From Candidatus Wukongarchaeum yapensis (GTDB lineage: Archaea > Asgardarchaeota > Wukongarchaeia > Wukongarchaeales > Wukongarchaeaceae): a DNA stretch of 23,732 bases. Location of the stretch: assembly GCA_016840425.1 (NCBI GenBank), contig JAEOSI010000006.1, forward strand, positions 1 to 23,732, in the 5' to 3' direction. Position 1 is the first letter of the stretch. Each line of letters opens with the position of its first letter. A program made the translations under genes and the position numbers. Under the pieces are notes generated by a model that worked only from the letters and a program-made list of their open reading frames with translations, was not told the origin of the DNA and ran no database searches. Positions 16,454 through 23,732 of the stretch are shown here, one piece after another.

Positions 16454-17299
16454 GTGGAAATGAAAACCTTGGTAGTTAATCCATATCTACCTATCCCTGC
16501 CCGTTGCACAAAAATTGTTTCTCAAACCGAATTGGAAAAACTCTTCCGTTTCGAGTTTCTTGGCAAAACTATACAAGAAAATTTCGATTACTTGCCTGGA
16601 CAGTTTTTAGAACTTTCGATTCCTGGCTTTGGAGAAGCCCCCTTCTCCATAACCTCTACTCCCACGAAGAAAGAATATTTTGAATTTTGCGTGCGAAAAG
16701 TGGGAACCGTGACAGGAGCCCTTCATGACTTAAAAGAAGGGAAAAAAGTAGGCATAAGAGGCCCTTTCGGTAACGGTTTTCCATTAAACGACCTTAAAGG
16801 AAGAGACATCATCGTTATTGCAGGCGGTTTAGGGCTTGTACCCCTCAGATCCCTGATAAACTATATCCTCGACAAGAGGGATAAATTTGGCGCTTTAAAG
16901 ATCCTTTACGGGACAAAACAACCAAAAGAATTACTGTTTCGAGACGAATTAAAAGCTTGGGAAGAACGAAAAGACGTTGAGCTTCTAATCACAGTAGATG
17001 CAGTCCCTGAAGGACAAGAGTGGTCAGGTAATGTGGGCGTTGTCACCACCCTCATACCAAAAGTAGAAATGCACAAAGATTATACTGCCGTAATTTGCGG
17101 TCCGCCTATAATGTATAAATTCGTGCTAAGGAAGCTTGATGGAAAACTTAGAGAAGATCTAATTTTCCTCTCTTTAGAGAGGCGTATGAGGTGTGGAATC
17201 GGGAAGTGTGGGCACTGTGCTATCGGTCCAAAATATACTTGCTTGGACGGTCCGGTATTCTCTTATGAGGAGATCAAAAACTTACAAGGAGCAATTTAA
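16454..17299 (+). CDS. hydG: Group 3b hydrogenase gamma subunit, FAD/NAD(P)-binding, 2Fe-2S
   Basis: PGQF..LSIPGFGEAPFSI, GIRGPFGNGFP, AGGLGLVPL, CGPPIMY, RMRCGIGKCGHC...CLDGPVF. ATG at 16460 is an alternative start. Confidence 0.92.
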   Translation: MEMKTLVVNPYLPIPARCTKIVSQTELEKLFRFEFLGKTIQENFDYLPGQFLELSIPGFGEAPFSITSTPTKKEYFEFCVRKVGTVTGALHDLKEGKKVGIRGPFGNGFPLNDLKGRDIIVIAGGLGLVPLRSLINYILDKRDKFGALKILYGTKQPKELLFRDELKAWEERKDVELLITVDAVPEGQEWSGNVGVVTTLIPKVEMHKDYTAVICGPPIMYKFVLRKLDGKLREDLIFLSLERRMRCGIGKCGHCAIGPKYTCLDGPVFSYEEIKNLQGAI

Positions 17300-17320
17300 A
17301 CCAAAAATTTTGAGGAAAAG

Positions 17321-18100
17321 GTGATATTTTTGGTTAGTGATAAAGGTAAACTGAAGGTCGCAATCCTCGGTCTAACGTGTTGTGGTGGTTGCCAGCTTGA
17401 AATATTAAACCTTGAACCCGTACTTCTTGACCTTGTAGAAGTGATCGAGCTGGTTAATTTCCCAGAAGCTCAAAGTGAAAACAAAGACGGCCCTTATGAT
17501 GTAGCCTTTGTTGAAGGGTCTGTAACCACCAGAGAAGAGATTGAACGAATCAAAAATATCAGGAAGGAATCAAAGTTTCTCGTAGCCCTTGGAACCTGTG
17601 CGTGCTATGGTGGCGTACAGTCTATAAGGAACTTTGGCGACGTAGAAGAGGCAAGAAAACAAGTTTATGACGATGATGGTTCTCATATAGATGCTTTGCC
17701 TGCGACGGGATTAGATGAACATGTTAACGTTGACTATTATATGCGGGGGTGCCCTGTTGATAGGTCAGAAATTGTTGACGTGCTCACTTCCTTGTTGATC
17801 GGTAAAACACCCGAGCCCAAACATTACTCTGTATGTGTGGAATGTAAGCTGGCTGAGTACGCTTGCCTTCTAAACGAGGGAAAGCTTTGCATGGGTCCCG
17901 TTACCAACGCAGGTTGCAAGGCTAGATGCCCCGCTGTTTCTGTGCCTTGTGATGGTTGTAGAGGTCCTTACGATCAAGCAAACCTAGAATCTTTTATCGA
18001 AATCCTGAAAGAAAAGAAAATAAGCGTTGAAGACATCTTGAGGAAGTTTAGAATGTATACCAGCTGGGCGCCACAATACAGGAATTTAAAGGTGATTTGA
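17321..18100 (+). CDS. hydD: Group 3b hydrogenase delta (small) subunit
   Basis: LTCCGGCQ, FVEGSV, ALGTCACYGG, GCP, VCVECK, CMGPVTNAGCKARCP...PCDGCRG. The start may be a few codons downstream. Confidence 0.93.
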   Translation: MIFLVSDKGKLKVAILGLTCCGGCQLEILNLEPVLLDLVEVIELVNFPEAQSENKDGPYDVAFVEGSVTTREEIERIKNIRKESKFLVALGTCACYGGVQSIRNFGDVEEARKQVYDDDGSHIDALPATGLDEHVNVDYYMRGCPVDRSEIVDVLTSLLIGKTPEPKHYSVCVECKLAEYACLLNEGKLCMGPVTNAGCKARCPAVSVPCDGCRGPYDQANLESFIEILKEKKISVEDILRKFRMYTSWAPQYRNLKVI

Positions 18101-19392
18101 AGATGAAACAATCAATAGCAATAGACCATTTTACCCGTGTAGAAGGACACGGTCGCCTTTTCCTGGAATTAGAAGACGGTGAAGCGAAAAATGTTCAATT
18201 GTCAATCTTTGAAGGTCCAAGACTCTTTGAAGCTTTTCTTAAAGGTAGAAAGTATGATGAAGTACCGCCGCTTGTTTCAAGAATTTGCGGTATATGTTCT
18301 GCTTCCCATATTTTAACTGGCCTAGAGACCGTTGAAAACGCGATGGATATCCAGGTTTCAGACCAAACTCGCTTGTTACGTGAACTTTTAGATATAGGTG
18401 AAATTGTTCAAAGTAACGTTTTACACGCCTGTTTCTTGGCTTTACCCGACTATTTAGGAGCGCCTTCTGCCATCGCCTTAGCTGATAACCATAAAGAGTT
18501 AGTTAAAACTTCTCTGGAACTTAAAGATCTTGGAAATAACATCGCAAGAATCGTTGGTGGAAGAGCTGTACACCCCATCACAACCAAAATAGGGGGATTC
18601 TCCAAAATACCTTCAAAAAATTCCTTAGAAGCTCTAGAAAACAGTTTTAAAAATCTTAAAGATCGGGCTTTAAACCTTGTAGAAGTTTTCGGCTCGTTAA
18701 AATATCCCGATTTTGAAAGAGAAACAGATTACGTTGCATTAAAAGGTGATAAAAAATACGAGTTTTTAGACGCGCCTCTCGCCTCTTCAAAAGAAGGCAT
18801 CCTTGAACTTTCAAAATACAAGGAATACATAGAGGAATACACTCCACCATATTCCAACTCAAAAGCATGTAAAAGAAACGGTAAAGGTTTCATGGCCGGC
18901 GCCTTATCCAGAATGAACCTAAACCATGACCTTATAGACGACGAAGTAAAATCGTTAGTAGAACGAACAGGAATAGAGTTTCCTAACAAAAATCCCTACC
19001 TCATATCCTTCGCACAAATAATCGAAGTAGCCCACCTAATCAAGCGCGGTATCGAGATCCTTGAAGAGCTGAAAAACACGGAACTAAAACCTGAGAAAAA
19101 CAGCTTCAAAATAAAAGAAGGGGAAGGAATAGCGGTAACAGAGGCACCAAGAGGAGCCCTCCTACACCACTACAAGTTCGACGATAAAGGCATTGTAGAG
19201 TATGCAAACATCATAACCCCCACCTGCATGAACAACAGAAATATAGAAGAAGACATAATAGCCTACACACCCCAACTCCAAGGAAAAACCGAAGAAGAAA
19301 TCACCTTCGAACTACACAAACTTATAAGGGCCTACGACCCCTGTATCTCGTGCTCCACTCACACCCTACAAATAGACTTGAAAAGCAAGTAA
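18097..19392 (+). CDS. hydA: Group 3b hydrogenase alpha (large, NiFe) subunit
   Basis: TRVEGHG, L1 motif SRICGICSASH, EAPRG.L.H, L2 motif YDPCISCSTH followed by a 9-aa C-terminal extension. Overlaps hydD by 4 nt. Confidence 0.95.
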   Translation: MKMKQSIAIDHFTRVEGHGRLFLELEDGEAKNVQLSIFEGPRLFEAFLKGRKYDEVPPLVSRICGICSASHILTGLETVENAMDIQVSDQTRLLRELLDIGEIVQSNVLHACFLALPDYLGAPSAIALADNHKELVKTSLELKDLGNNIARIVGGRAVHPITTKIGGFSKIPSKNSLEALENSFKNLKDRALNLVEVFGSLKYPDFERETDYVALKGDKKYEFLDAPLASSKEGILELSKYKEYIEEYTPPYSNSKACKRNGKGFMAGALSRMNLNHDLIDDEVKSLVERTGIEFPNKNPYLISFAQIIEVAHLIKRGIEILEELKNTELKPEKNSFKIKEGEGIAVTEAPRGALLHHYKFDDKGIVEYANIITPTCMNNRNIEEDIIAYTPQLQGKTEEEITFELHKLIRAYDPCISCSTHTLQIDLKSK

Positions 19393-19403
19393 AAATTCTA
19401 TGA

Positions 19404-20414
19404 TTATAGGATGTTTTCCATCTTTTTTATTTCAATTAAATCAGTTATTGCGTTTGTATCAGTTTTAATACCTTTTTCTTCTACGGCTGCCATGGCATTG
19501 ATCCCCCCTACAATCGCCATCCCAAACCTATCTCTCTCTACGGGAACTGATAAGAGCGGGCGATTCACTTCTCCCACCTCCAATGCAGGTATAAAATTAA
19601 CTTTTTCCAAACGTTCTAATATGTCCTCCACGGATTCTTTTGCCACACTGGGTATCTCCCTAAAGTTAGCAAGTATTTTTCCATGTCCCCCACTAATTAC
19701 GTCGTTTACAGAAGTCATCCCTCTCGCCATAAAAACTTCTAAAGGATCAAGAGATGAGCCCTCATAGGCGATTAAATCAGTAAATCTTAAAGCTTCAATA
19801 GTCATCATATCTCCCTCTTTGACAGGCCTCATTTGAACGGTTCCACCATATTTTGGATCCGTTGGTATGCCTGCCTTAAGCAAAACTCCATCAATCGTAA
19901 TACTGCAAGTAGTCGCTAACCCGACTTTTCCCTTAGGAATAATTGTTGTTTCAAACTCCTCTCCTTCTTCAAAAATTTTTATGTAAGGCGCAACACATAA
20001 ACCCACATTAATTACTTCTTTAATAATGCCCAGCGCTTTATCGATCTTATCTTTCTCAATATAACTTAAGTTAACGATTATTTTACCTTCAAACGTATAG
20101 GGATTAAAAGTTGTTTGGTAAGCCATTGTCCTTATCTTTGATATAACAAATCCAACGCGATCAAATACAAGGGCATTTTTTAACTCTTCTTTTCCTTTTT
20201 CTGTCAGTGTTCTCCCTAAATTGGAATTTTTCTTGGTTAAACCGTGATCGTCAAGAACCTCCAAGTAGTATCTTACTCCCCTCTCTCCGATAAAAATTCC
20301 TACTTTTTCCAAATCTCTAGCGATTATTCGCGCTCCTACTGGCTCGTTATACTGGCTTAAAATCTGTAAGATTTCCACTGTTTTTCTTTCGCTTTCAGAA
20401 TTTTTAGCGTACAT
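19404..20414 (-). CDS. nrpR: NrpR-family nitrogen repressor (wHTH plus a single DUF128/NRD domain)
   Basis: EILQILSQYNEPVGARIIARDL...ERGVRYYL...GR.LTEKG.EEL wHTH, then CSITIDGVLLKAGIP..PKYGG, RFTDLI.YEG.SLDPLEVF, GGIN..AA..E.GI. Divergent from glnA. Confidence 0.9.
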   Translation of the reverse strand: MYAKNSESERKTVEILQILSQYNEPVGARIIARDLEKVGIFIGERGVRYYLEVLDDHGLTKKNSNLGRTLTEKGKEELKNALVFDRVGFVISKIRTMAYQTTFNPYTFEGKIIVNLSYIEKDKIDKALGIIKEVINVGLCVAPYIKIFEEGEEFETTIIPKGKVGLATTCSITIDGVLLKAGIPTDPKYGGTVQMRPVKEGDMMTIEALRFTDLIAYEGSSLDPLEVFMARGMTSVNDVISGGHGKILANFREIPSVAKESVEDILERLEKVNFIPALEVGEVNRPLLSVPVERDRFGMAIVGGINAMAAVEEKGIKTDTNAITDLIEIKKMENIL

Positions 20415-20489
20415 TCTAAACTCCCTAATTTTGATCTGTTTTCCCTATTTTTGAATTTAATTTTAAATGTTTCTTTACAAATATCAACA

Positions 20490-20503
20490 GAAAAGTTTAT
20501 TAA
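20490..20503 (+). promoter_or_regulatory. Candidate BRE/TATA promoter for glnA
   Basis: GAAAAGTTTATTAA: BRE-like purine run directly before a TATA-like box, just upstream of the operator pair. Confidence 0.45.
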
Positions 20504-20509
20504 TATCTC

Positions 20510-20549
20510 GGAAACATACTTCTTATGTGATAGGAAATAAATTTCCTAT
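20510..20549. promoter_or_regulatory. Tandem NrpR-type operators
   Basis: GGAA-ACATAC-TTCT at 20510-20523 (one mismatch to GGAA-N6-TTCC) and a perfect GGAA-ATAAAT-TTCC at 20533-20546 inside the palindrome ATAGGAAAT-AA-ATTTCCTAT (20530-20549). Confidence 0.8.
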
Positions 20550-20649
20550 TATATATATTTAAATCTTACTGTTAAGGTGAGTTTAACGTGATCGAAAATC
20601 GACCTAAAAAACCAAACTCCAACAAAGAATTTAGAATTAGGTGATCTTT

Positions 20650-22023
20650 ATGGTTAGAATTAGGACTGATTATAGTGAAGAAAGCAAAGCAAAAGCGCTT
20701 GAAACAGCAAAACAAAGGGACGTAAAATTCATACGGCTCCAGTTCACAGATCTACGCGGTATAATAAAATCTACAGCCATAACCGATAAACACCTTGAAG
20801 ATGCATTCGAGGAAGGCATAGGTTTTGACGGCTCTTCAATACTAGGGTTCACGCCAATTGAGGAGTCAGATATGCTTTTGGTCCCTGATCCAAATACCTT
20901 CGCAATACTTCCCTGGAGACCCAATGACAAAAAAGTCGCACGCATAATTTGCGATGTTTATTTCCCTAGCGGCGAACGATTCGAAGGTGATCCTCGCTAT
21001 GTGGCTCAGAGAGCAGCGCAAAAAGCAAAGGGCATGGGATACGTATACAAGTGTGGCCCCGAATTAGAGTTTTTCCTGTTCCAAAAAAAGGAAGGAGACG
21101 TCTTAAACCCTGCGAAAATAGATAGCGGTGGCTACTTTGACTTCCATCCACTAGACCTTGCAGAAGACTTCAGAAGAGACATGATATTCTCCTTGGAAAA
21201 TTTTGGCATCGAAATAGAGATGAGCCACCATGAAGTCGCTCCTTCCCAGTATGAAGTTGACTTCAGATTCGCAGACCTCGTAACAACAGCAGACAGAGTC
21301 ATGACCTATAAAATGGTTGCAAAAACCATCGCTCACTTGCACGGTTATATAGCCTCTTTCATGCCGAAACCGATCTTCGGCGTGAACGGTTCTGGAATGC
21401 ATACTCATCAAAGTCTTTGGGAAATAGAGAAGAACAAGAACGCTTTCTACGATCCTGAAAAGATGAGGAGTGATGCTCTAACTGATGAAGCTCTGTATTT
21501 CATTGGAGGTTTATTGTCTCATGCAAAGGCTTTGGCCGGTGTAGTTGCCCCGACTGTTAATTCTTACAAGAGACTGGTTCCAGGATATGAAGCACCAGTT
21601 TACATCTCTTGGGCTCATAAAAATAGGTCTGCACTAATAAGGGTTCCAGAATACTTCCCGGGAATGGAAAAAGCTATAAGAGCAGAATTCAGGTGTCCTG
21701 ACCCATCATGTAACCCCTATTTAGCGTTTGCTTGCATGTGTAATGCAGGTCTTGACGGCATAGAGAAAAAGATCCTCCCTCCAGAACCTGTTGAAGCAGA
21801 TATTTACGAAATGACTGCTAAAGAAAGAGAAGAACTGTATATAGGCTCTTTACCCAGCACGTTAGCAGAAGCACTATGTGAAACGGAGAAAGACGACGTG
21901 TTAAAAAAGACTTTAGGAAACCACGTATATGAGAATTTCATAAAGGTAAAACGCGACGAATGGGATCAGTTTAGGCTTCAAGTCACTCCATGGGAACTAG
22001 AAAAATATCTCAAGCATTCATAA
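20650..22023 (+). CDS. glnA: Glutamine synthetase type I (GSI-alpha-like)
   Basis: FIRLQFTDL.G, FDGSSI.GF, GPELEFF, HHEVAPSQYE, FMPKP.FGVNGSGMHTH, NSYKRLVPGYEAP, NRSALIRVP, EFRCPDPSCNPYL. ATG at 20650 follows an AGGTGA SD; the ORF track starts at GTG 20641. Confidence 0.97.
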   Translation: MVRIRTDYSEESKAKALETAKQRDVKFIRLQFTDLRGIIKSTAITDKHLEDAFEEGIGFDGSSILGFTPIEESDMLLVPDPNTFAILPWRPNDKKVARIICDVYFPSGERFEGDPRYVAQRAAQKAKGMGYVYKCGPELEFFLFQKKEGDVLNPAKIDSGGYFDFHPLDLAEDFRRDMIFSLENFGIEIEMSHHEVAPSQYEVDFRFADLVTTADRVMTYKMVAKTIAHLHGYIASFMPKPIFGVNGSGMHTHQSLWEIEKNKNAFYDPEKMRSDALTDEALYFIGGLLSHAKALAGVVAPTVNSYKRLVPGYEAPVYISWAHKNRSALIRVPEYFPGMEKAIRAEFRCPDPSCNPYLAFACMCNAGLDGIEKKILPPEPVEADIYEMTAKEREELYIGSLPSTLAEALCETEKDDVLKKTLGNHVYENFIKVKRDEWDQFRLQVTPWELEKYLKHS

Positions 22024-22028
22024 ACAGA

Positions 22029-22049
22029 GGGGGTTCAGGAAGAACCTCC
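22029..22049 (+). terminator. Possible stem-loop just after glnA
   Basis: GGGGGTTC-AGGAA-GAACCTCC: 8-bp stem with one G-U pair and a 5-nt loop, 5 nt after the stop. No adjacent U-tract. Confidence 0.3.
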
Positions 22050-22174
22050 CATCATACATTTTTCCGCATGTATGTAGTTCCTAAGTTGATTATCAAAAAG
22101 AGCCACGTAAGCTCACCTTTATTTAGTAAAATCATTATCAAAAGAAAAAATCAGCTTTAAGGGGGTTTTAAAAA

Positions 22175-22582
22175 ATGAGTTGTCCTGAATGTGGAGAAGC
22201 TGCCGATCAGGTTTCAGTTGATGAAATGCAATGCTACAAATGTGGCCATCGTTGGAAATTAGACTGGAAAGTAATCAGCCACGGTGAAAAAGGCAAATGT
22301 CCTGAATGTGGAGAAGCTGCCGATCAGGTTTCAGTTGATGAAATGCAATGCTACAAATGTGGCCATCGTTGGAAATTAGACTGGAAAGTAATCAGCTACG
22401 GTGGAAAAGGCAAATGTCCAAACTGTAAACGAATAGATTCCATTATTGTTTATATGGCCGTTGATCCTAACACAAAAAAGACCCCTTATAATGGGAATAT
22501 CAGTATTAAAGTTTTATGTCTTCAGTGTGGGCTACAATGGAAGATAGAAAGAGCCAAGGAATTGGAAAGACAAATAGGATGA
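22175..22582 (+). CDS. Small triple zinc-ribbon protein of unknown function
   Basis: Six CxxC pairs: two units of CPEC-x13-CYKCGHRW and a third CPNC-x27-CLQCGLQW. GGGGG purine tract upstream. Confidence 0.8.
   Translation: MSCPECGEAADQVSVDEMQCYKCGHRWKLDWKVISHGEKGKCPECGEAADQVSVDEMQCYKCGHRWKLDWKVISYGGKGKCPNCKRIDSIIVYMAVDPNTKKTPYNGNISIKVLCLQCGLQWKIERAKELERQIG
22181..22419 (+). repeat. 117-bp (39-aa) in-frame tandem duplication
   Basis: 22181-22297 vs 22298-22414: the first 99 bp are identical, with two substitutions in the last 18 bp (CAC/TAC, GAA/GGA). Confidence 0.95.
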
Positions 22583-22685
22583 GTACTATAGCTCGGTAAA
22601 ATGCCGAGAAAAGCTTTGGAACTTTTGTCTTTTGTCATTTTTTTCCGAATTAATTTAGCTAGGATGCTGTTTGGAGGAATATTAC

Positions 22686-23672
22686 TTGTGCGGAATTATA
22701 GGTATTGTGTTAAAGCATGGTGAAGGCCCTATTGGTGAAGTAATGATCAAAATGCTTAAAGAATTACAGCACCGTGGCCCAGATTCCACAGGAATCGCAA
22801 TATATCGTGATAGAGGCAATGGAGAAAACCAATATATACTAACCGTCGTTGCCCCTGATGTCCCAGGGAGCGAAGCCTCCATCTCCTCCATAATTGCTGC
22901 TTGTGATGGCAACATTCACGATATTAAGCTTAACACGCGAAATGGTATTGGTTTCAATGAATACCTTATCACTCTTAACGGGCCCAATAGCCCAATAAAG
23001 CTTCTAAGAGACCTAGAAAAAGCCGATAACGTCGATGTTTTAAGCATTGGTAAACGAATGAAGATCTTCAAAGATTGCTTATTAGTTCCAGAATTTGATG
23101 ATTTCTTCAAAATTTCGAGTAAAAATGGTACCCATGCAATAGGCCACGTAAGGTTCTCTACAGAAAGCATTGTAAATAGGTATTTTGCACACCCTTTCTT
23201 CGACAATTTTTACACCGATTTTGCAGTGGTTCATAATGGGCAAATAACTAATTATTATGAATGGCGTCAAAAACTGAAAACTTTAGGATTTGACTTTTTC
23301 ACATACAATGATAGTGAAGTTCTTATTCATTACATAGTTTGGCGAATGATGCAAGGCGATTCCTTAGAAGAAGCTTTAAAAAACACTGTAAACGATATGG
23401 ATGGACCTTTCTCTTTTATAGTGAGCACTCCTTGGGGTATAGGTGTCGCTAAAGATCCTTTAGGATTAAGACCCGCAGTGACTATGGAGACAGATGAATT
23501 TTTCGCGATAGCTTCTGAAGAAGGCCCCCTCAGAACTATTTCCCCTAAATCGTCAATACATTATTTGGCTCCAGGAGATGTCGCGGTATTTGAAATTCCT
23601 GAAATCCGTGAGAAATTACGACAAGAATATGATAAAATCTCATTACCTAGAATCCGAACTTTAACCGTATAG
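22686..23672 (+). CDS. Class II (Ntn) glutamine amidotransferase, stand-alone glutamate synthase subunit (GltB1/GlxB-like)
   Basis: TTG at 22686, 8 nt after GGAGG, gives M-CGIIG with catalytic Cys1. Also QHRGPDSTG, GHVRFSTES, AHPF, VHNGQITNY, NDSE, DGPFS, KDPLGLRP, ASEE. The ORF-track start at 22671 would bury Cys1. Confidence 0.9.
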   Translation: MCGIIGIVLKHGEGPIGEVMIKMLKELQHRGPDSTGIAIYRDRGNGENQYILTVVAPDVPGSEASISSIIAACDGNIHDIKLNTRNGIGFNEYLITLNGPNSPIKLLRDLEKADNVDVLSIGKRMKIFKDCLLVPEFDDFFKISSKNGTHAIGHVRFSTESIVNRYFAHPFFDNFYTDFAVVHNGQITNYYEWRQKLKTLGFDFFTYNDSEVLIHYIVWRMMQGDSLEEALKNTVNDMDGPFSFIVSTPWGIGVAKDPLGLRPAVTMETDEFFAIASEEGPLRTISPKSSIHYLAPGDVAVFEIPEIREKLRQEYDKISLPRIRTLTV

Positions 23673-23691
23673 AAGGAGAGTTTGGAAAAAT

Positions 23692-23732
23692 ATGCTCTTT
23701 CTGGAAGTCTATAAGGAAAGTTTTGATGAAGT
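23692..23732 (+). CDS. Possible start of the next gene, truncated by the window edge
   Basis: ATG CTC TTT CTG GAA GTC... is open to the edge and follows AAGGAG. Too short to identify. Confidence 0.3.
   Translation, partial: MLFLEVYKESFDE

Overview
AT-rich archaeal chromosomal window. The RadA Walker A motif GEFRTGKTQ and the gene content suggest an Asgard-like lineage, but that is inference. Left to right: a partial membrane-protein gene, a decayed GH15 glycoside hydrolase pseudogene (two frameshifts plus an internal deletion), a YbhB/YbcL gene, an RCK/TrkA-like gene followed by a degenerate CLC paralog, an RsmC-like methyltransferase, a CLC-CBS transporter, and a 1307-aa TPR-CHAT caspase-like protease with 19 tandem 40-aa repeats. 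These are followed by coaBC, radA, a SPOUT methyltransferase, a four-gene group 3b [NiFe] hydrogenase operon, and a nitrogen cluster: nrpR divergent from glnA with NrpR-type operators between them, a triple zinc-ribbon gene with a very recent 117-bp duplication, and a stand-alone class II glutamine amidotransferase. No CRISPR array, rRNA, convincing tRNA or transposase was seen. The best candidates for new biology are the stand-alone TPR-CHAT sensor-protease with code-like variable repeat positions and the RCK plus gate-less CLC module.
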